Positions 59,021-64,000 of a DNA stretch of 64,000 nt are shown here, one piece after another. Made by a program: the position numbers and the translations under genes. Source of the DNA: Hypanus sabinus (taxonomy: Eukaryota). Numbering within the stretch: the stretch's first letter is position 1; the number at the start of each line of letters is the position of its first letter. Under the pieces are notes generated by a model. That model had not been told where the DNA came from and did no database searches. It saw only the letters and a program-made list of their open reading frames with translations. The stretch lies in assembly GCF_030144855.1 (NCBI RefSeq), contig NC_082721.1, forward strand, positions 20,212,001-20,276,000. Reading direction: 5' to 3'.

Positions 59021-60470
59021 ATCACAAAATTAAAACACGCTTACTTTAGGACTCATGATTGTGGTTTCTTCCCTTTAAAAGGCATTAAAATCCGACCTGC
59101 TTGACTGAGTTAGCAATTACCATGCCCTTCACATGAGACTCATGGGAAATGAGTCAAAGCTATTACAGAAATCTCTTCACATCGGCTGTGTGAACGGGTT
59201 GATTGTGGCTTATGCCATTGGTGGGCATCGCAGAGAGAGGACACTGATGGAGGAGCCTATGACTTGAAGTTAACTTGCTGGCAGCGTCAATGCTACTAGA
59301 TTGAAATGATTTGCTATAAGGAGTTAAGAGGTGGAATTTATAAAATGTCAATTCGGTGTCCCAATGGGAACACATGAAATGAAGGATGTTTTGCTGGTTG
59401 CAATACAAGGTATTTAAATAGTTTTAAAAGCAGCTTTTTGATCCGCTTATGATGAGTTAATGGGTGTGATAAGATCATCACATCCACTCAGTATGAAGCA
59501 GAAAGGATATGTGTATGAGAGTCAATTGTGACAGGAGTACTCAGTCCAATGGATGAGATTCAATAGAAAATGAACACAAATACTTCAAGACATGTGCAAA
59601 ATTATTTTGTACATAACAAGAAACATTTTTCCCAGTCTAATTGTCAGGAAAGATCAGTACAATATTAATATCCTACCTTGCTGTGAAATGTTTCTATCTT
59701 CTTATGAAATTGGTAACATGTAGATTAAACCCTTTGTCAGGAAATTGGTGGGAGGAATTTCAGTTGTTAGCACATTTGCTAGGTTATTGTGTGATATAAT
59801 TCAAGTTAAGTCCTTTTTTCAGATTTTTTATGGTAATCCTCAAAGATGTCTTGGCCAATATTCCTCCCTCATTTCACTCAATTTCCCTTTCTAGCACAGT
59901 TTCTGTAGAAAACGTGGCCTCACCTTGACAAGCAAATCCACTGGTTGTGCATTGATGTGGGATGCACCGAGAATGTATTGGGTGATATGTAGAAGTAATT
60001 TCTTTCTTAACTTTCTGATTTTATGCAGCCCTGGCTCTAGTGTAGGCCTTCATCTAGTGGAAATACCAAAAACTTTAATGGGCAACTAGATGCCATGATA
60101 AGGATATATTGGTTGTATGCAACAAATTTATGCTTTGTGATCCTGTGTGATAATGTTCCAAGACAGTAAAACTCAACATAAAAGTATCGTTTGCCATGCA
60201 TGCAAAAACTGTAGGCAGCTTTTATTTTTAAAAATCCTGTAAAATGATCTACTGGAAATAATAAAAATAGGACTGCAATCCAGACTTGTGATAGATACAA
60301 TACAAAGGAAATGCAAATATGTTGGAATATATTAATAGGTTTATTTTGTTGATAGCTGCAATTCCCAATGCAGAAATAATTTCATATGTGTGTGTGGTTA
60401 GTGTGTATGTATGTTGTAAGTTAGGGACAGTTTGCCTTGCCTTGCAAGTAGATTTATTTGTAAATGTGGA

Positions 60471-60485
60471 GTGTGTGTGTGTGTG

Positions 60486-60518
<33 letters not shown>
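60471..60518. repeat. (GT)n microsatellite within a GT-rich low-complexity region
   Basis: direct observation. Confidence 0.98.
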
Positions 60519-60747
60519 TTGTTTTGTAAATGATCTGTGAGTGTGCTCTAATTCTGTAACTGAGTCTATGTGCATGAGTTGCAGGTTAATGTATGTGCTG
60601 TAAAGTTGCTGTTGAAAATGTTTATGTACTGAGTTTGCATGTGCTTGTGCGCATGTTGTATATGTAGGAGACATGTGAATGTGTAAAATAAATAAGTGTA
60701 TGTATTAAAAGTGTATTCCTTGCTAAGAGTAAGTTGGTTTTGGAAAT

Positions 60748-60895
60748 GTCAAAATCAAAATTAAGATCAAAGTCAAAGTCAAATTTATTATCAAAGTACA
60801 TATATGTCACCATATACATACCTTGAGATTCATTTTGTTGCAGACATTTAAAGAAATACAAAAGATTTCATGAAAACTATACATAAACAGAAACA
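60748..60895 (-). mobile_element. Rex-type tail
   Basis: (gtcaaa)n tttattatcaaagtacatatatgtcaccata. Confidence 0.78.
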
Positions 60896-62363
60896 TGAAT
60901 ATGTGTTATAAGGTACGTGTGTATCTGTGTGTTTGATAGAGGGAATGTGTTGTGGGTGTCTGTGTGTATTTGTGTGTTACATGTGTGTGCAGTGTGTGTG
61001 TAAGACTGTCGGTGTTGCAAAACAAACAATCTCACTATTAACATTGGTTGATGCATTGTGAAGGTCTGTTGCTGATAGCTTCACCTTATCATACTGGACC
61101 ACTGCACTCAACACGACTATGATAAAAAAGAGGATTCATTGTCAACTTGCTCTTTATAAAGTGTGGTTTGTGAAAAAAACTACAGCAACTACTCCCAATC
61201 TAATCCTTACAGTTTTGTCAGGAGTGCAGGTGAGAAGTTACTGTTTGTCGGGGTACCCAATCCTCTTGAAACCATGGATCCTGACCATTAACCAAGTGGT
61301 TCGTGGGCCCCTGATGGGAACCCCTGCTGTGTGAGAACTGAGGGAAACTCAAGCAGTTGAGAGAAAATGCAAGCTGCACAAAGATAGCACTGAAAGTTGA
61401 TATTGAACTCAAGCTTCAGGAGCTGTGAGACTGTCTGTGCCATTGGGCCGAACGAAATGCTCTGGAGCTCAAGACCTTATTATTAAAAAGTTGTTACTTA
61501 GCCATGGATGCCAATTAAAGCATCACTAACACCAGCTCTGCTATATCTGCAACTGAAACTAATGGTTCAGTTTCAAATCATCCTTAAATTTAACCCATCA
61601 AGGAGATCTGGAAAAGTTCTCAATACACTTCTCATCTAATTAGCAGCAATTGGAAAACAAAGTTTCAGCAGCTTCTCAGAAGGAACCGTTAAGTGAACAA
61701 TTACACGCAGGTTGACATGACATTATGTTTTGGAAAAGGTCTGATCACGGAAGCACAATTACGGTGATTAAAACTGATGCAAGAACAAGGTGGTTTAGTT
61801 TTTTGAAAAAAAATATGCTTACTTGACTGGAGTACGTTCACCAGGGGAAGACAAGTGTCAAATTAACGGCAAAGCGAGACATGCTTCTGCCTGATCATCT
61901 GGAGGCTGTGTTCAGAGTCTTCTGGGATTCAATGCAAATTGGCAAAAGCTGCATTTTATGTACAAAGTTTTGAATTCTCAAATCAGGTGTTCCTGTTAAA
62001 TTTCCATTGTTTATCTGCCACTTTTTAATTAAGTCACACGGCAATTTAAATTGATGAAGGTGGCCCTTTCATGTGTTACATCAGGTGCTACTGCAGCTTG
62101 GGAGAGTTACCTAATCCCACCTCATCTCCGTATGGTAACTCTGAAGGTGCACAGGTTCTTCATTAATCAATTTCTGTGCAGATTTAATTTTCACTTTAAG
62201 GTATAGGGATATTTAAGTGGTAACTTTACTACTTTTAGCTCAGCACACTCCATCTCTCGACTAAGCCAATGTCTTGTCCTTGATTGCCAGAGCCAGTCAG
62301 ATGTGGAAAGGGAAGGTAAAATAAGAAAGATACATCTCTGATCCCATAGTCTATTATGTATAT

Positions 62364-62648
62364 TTATTTATTGAGATACAGCATGGAATAGGCCGTTCCA
62401 GCCCTTTGAGCTGTGCTGTCCAGCAATCCCTGGATTTGATCCTTGCCTAATTTAATCCTAAACATGAGCAATTAACCTACCAACCGGTACGTCTTTGGAA
62501 TGTGGTAGGAAACTGGAGCACCCAGAGGAAACCCACATAGTCATGGCGAGAGCATACAAACTTCTTACAGGCAGCGGTGGAAATTGAACCGGTGTCTTTG
62601 ATACCGTAAAGCATTGTGCTAACCACTAAGCTACCATGCTGCCCCATC
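62364..62648 (-). mobile_element. V-SINE
   Basis: gagatacagcatggaataggcc tail; ggaaactggagcacccagaggaaaccca. Confidence 0.87.
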
Positions 62649-63179
62649 ATCCTTATTAAACTGAAAATTAATCTACATTTCAATATTAGCTAACCCAAAG
62701 GGGACAATCAGCCACCATAATGATTCTTTCAAAGAACATTCTGTATAGCTCCAGTCTTCTGTTCTTTCCTTGATGATCCAGAAAAAAATTTCCATGCTAA
62801 AGTGTGGCACTCAATGCAAACCACTCGCTGCCCCTCCTCTCATCACTTCATTGCAAGCAGCTCGCAATATCTGCACAGCTACACCTTAATTGTCAGCCGT
62901 AACGTTACTGACTGTGAAAGGTTTTAAGCATCTTATATTCAATGAAGTCCATCATTGACCAAAAGCTTAGAGCCCAGTAAGAGGTTCAATCCAGGACCTT
63001 TTGAACGATAAACCCAGTTAGACCCACGCTCTAATCTTTCTATCATTATAGCTGTGAAGAAATCCATGCTAACCCCTGGAGAACAAGCCATTCAGCAACT
63101 CCACCCCTGCTCTTTCCTCAGAGCCCTGCAAACTGTTTATTTCTCAATCAGTTAGAGGACTTGAGCTTCACAAGCCAAG

Positions 63180-63700
63180 CGAGCATTTAATTGCTCATCC
63201 CTAATTGCCCTGGTAAAGGTGGTGGAGAGCTGCCTTCTTGAATTGCTGTGATCCTTGCGGTGTAGCTGCACCCGGAGTTGTGATTAGGTAGGGAGTTCCA
63301 GGATGTGATGGAATAAAGATACATATATTTCCAAGACAGGATGGAGAGAAAATTCTGAGTAGAGATGTGGGTTGAGAAGGTGCTAAGTAGCTTTGAAGAG
63401 ATACTGCAGTACAAGATATAAATGGTATAGACTGCTGTAACAGTGCCTCAACGGTGGATTGAATGAATAGTTGTAGGTGGGTTGCCTATCACGTGGGCTG
63501 CTTTGCCCTGTAAAGTGTCAAGCTTCTGGAGTACTGTTGAAGCTGCACTCATTTATGCAATGGCCACTATTCCATCACACTTTTGACTTGTGGACAGGTT
63601 TTGATAAGTAAGGAAGTGACTTACTCACTACAGGATTTCTAGTCTCTGTATGGTTTTTGTAGCTTCATTGGGCATACGGCTACTCCAGTTCAGTTTCAGT
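63180..63700 (-). mobile_element. Old elasmobranch CR1/L2-group LINE 3' region
   Basis: minus ORF ILSWKYM...SWNSLPN...IQEGSSPPPLPGQLGMSN; tail ggcaattagggatgagcaattaaatgct. Confidence 0.72.
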
Positions 63701-63859
63701 TATTCTCTACGTACCAGGAAACTGCCTGTCTCCTTGAGGAGATAGCAGGCTGAGAGGTGGACATTCCTCTTTATGTATATACTGTAGCTCAGGGCCTGAC
63801 ATCAGCCAGTTCCAGATTAGTTACCATTAGAGCTGGGACTGAACTGTTGCAGCACCAGC

Positions 63860-63992
63860 TTAAGGAATGGCACTTCCACCCCGCATCAGAAAACACAACA
63901 GGTATTAGCACAAAATCCAGTCCATCACCACCACTGTAGAACAGGAGGTGCCGTGTTTTAGATGAAGTGGTTGATCCAAGCTTCCATCTGAA
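63860..63992 (+). mobile_element. Deu-SINE 5' part
   Basis: agcacaaaatc...ggaggtgccgtgttttagatga. Confidence 0.5.
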
Positions 63993-64000
63993 TTTTGGAT

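Overview
Vertebrate non-coding DNA. The repeat families point to a cartilaginous fish, probably a ray (inference). I found no host protein-coding exon I can support, and no rRNA, tRNA gene or CRISPR. By eye roughly half or more of the window is decayed, often nested transposable elements: CR1 LINEs (one ~4.4 kb copy with ORF1 esterase and ORF2 EN/RT remnants), Rex1/Babar-like LINEs, RTE, Tx1-like and L2-like fragments, and a Dong/R4-clade element sitting in a (TAA)n microsatellite. Also present are Penelope-like element ends carrying minimal hammerhead-ribozyme motifs, three SINE superfamilies (V, CORE, Deu), Tc1 and mariner derivatives with three terminal inverted repeats, and a solo LTR with a 5-bp target site duplication (TSD). 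There is a 149-N assembly gap. Between the repeats are unique AT-rich islands that may be enhancers. All long ORFs I could recognise are TE remnants. The most interesting signals are the hammerhead motifs, the possible HDV-like RTE leader, the triple-TIR design shared by two DNA-transposon families, a 208-bp duplication flanking a Tc1 copy, and a compact PBX/HOX-NF-Y-ETS motif cluster. I found no clearly new gene system. Family names come from motif recognition, not database searches. Boundaries without a TSD are approximate.
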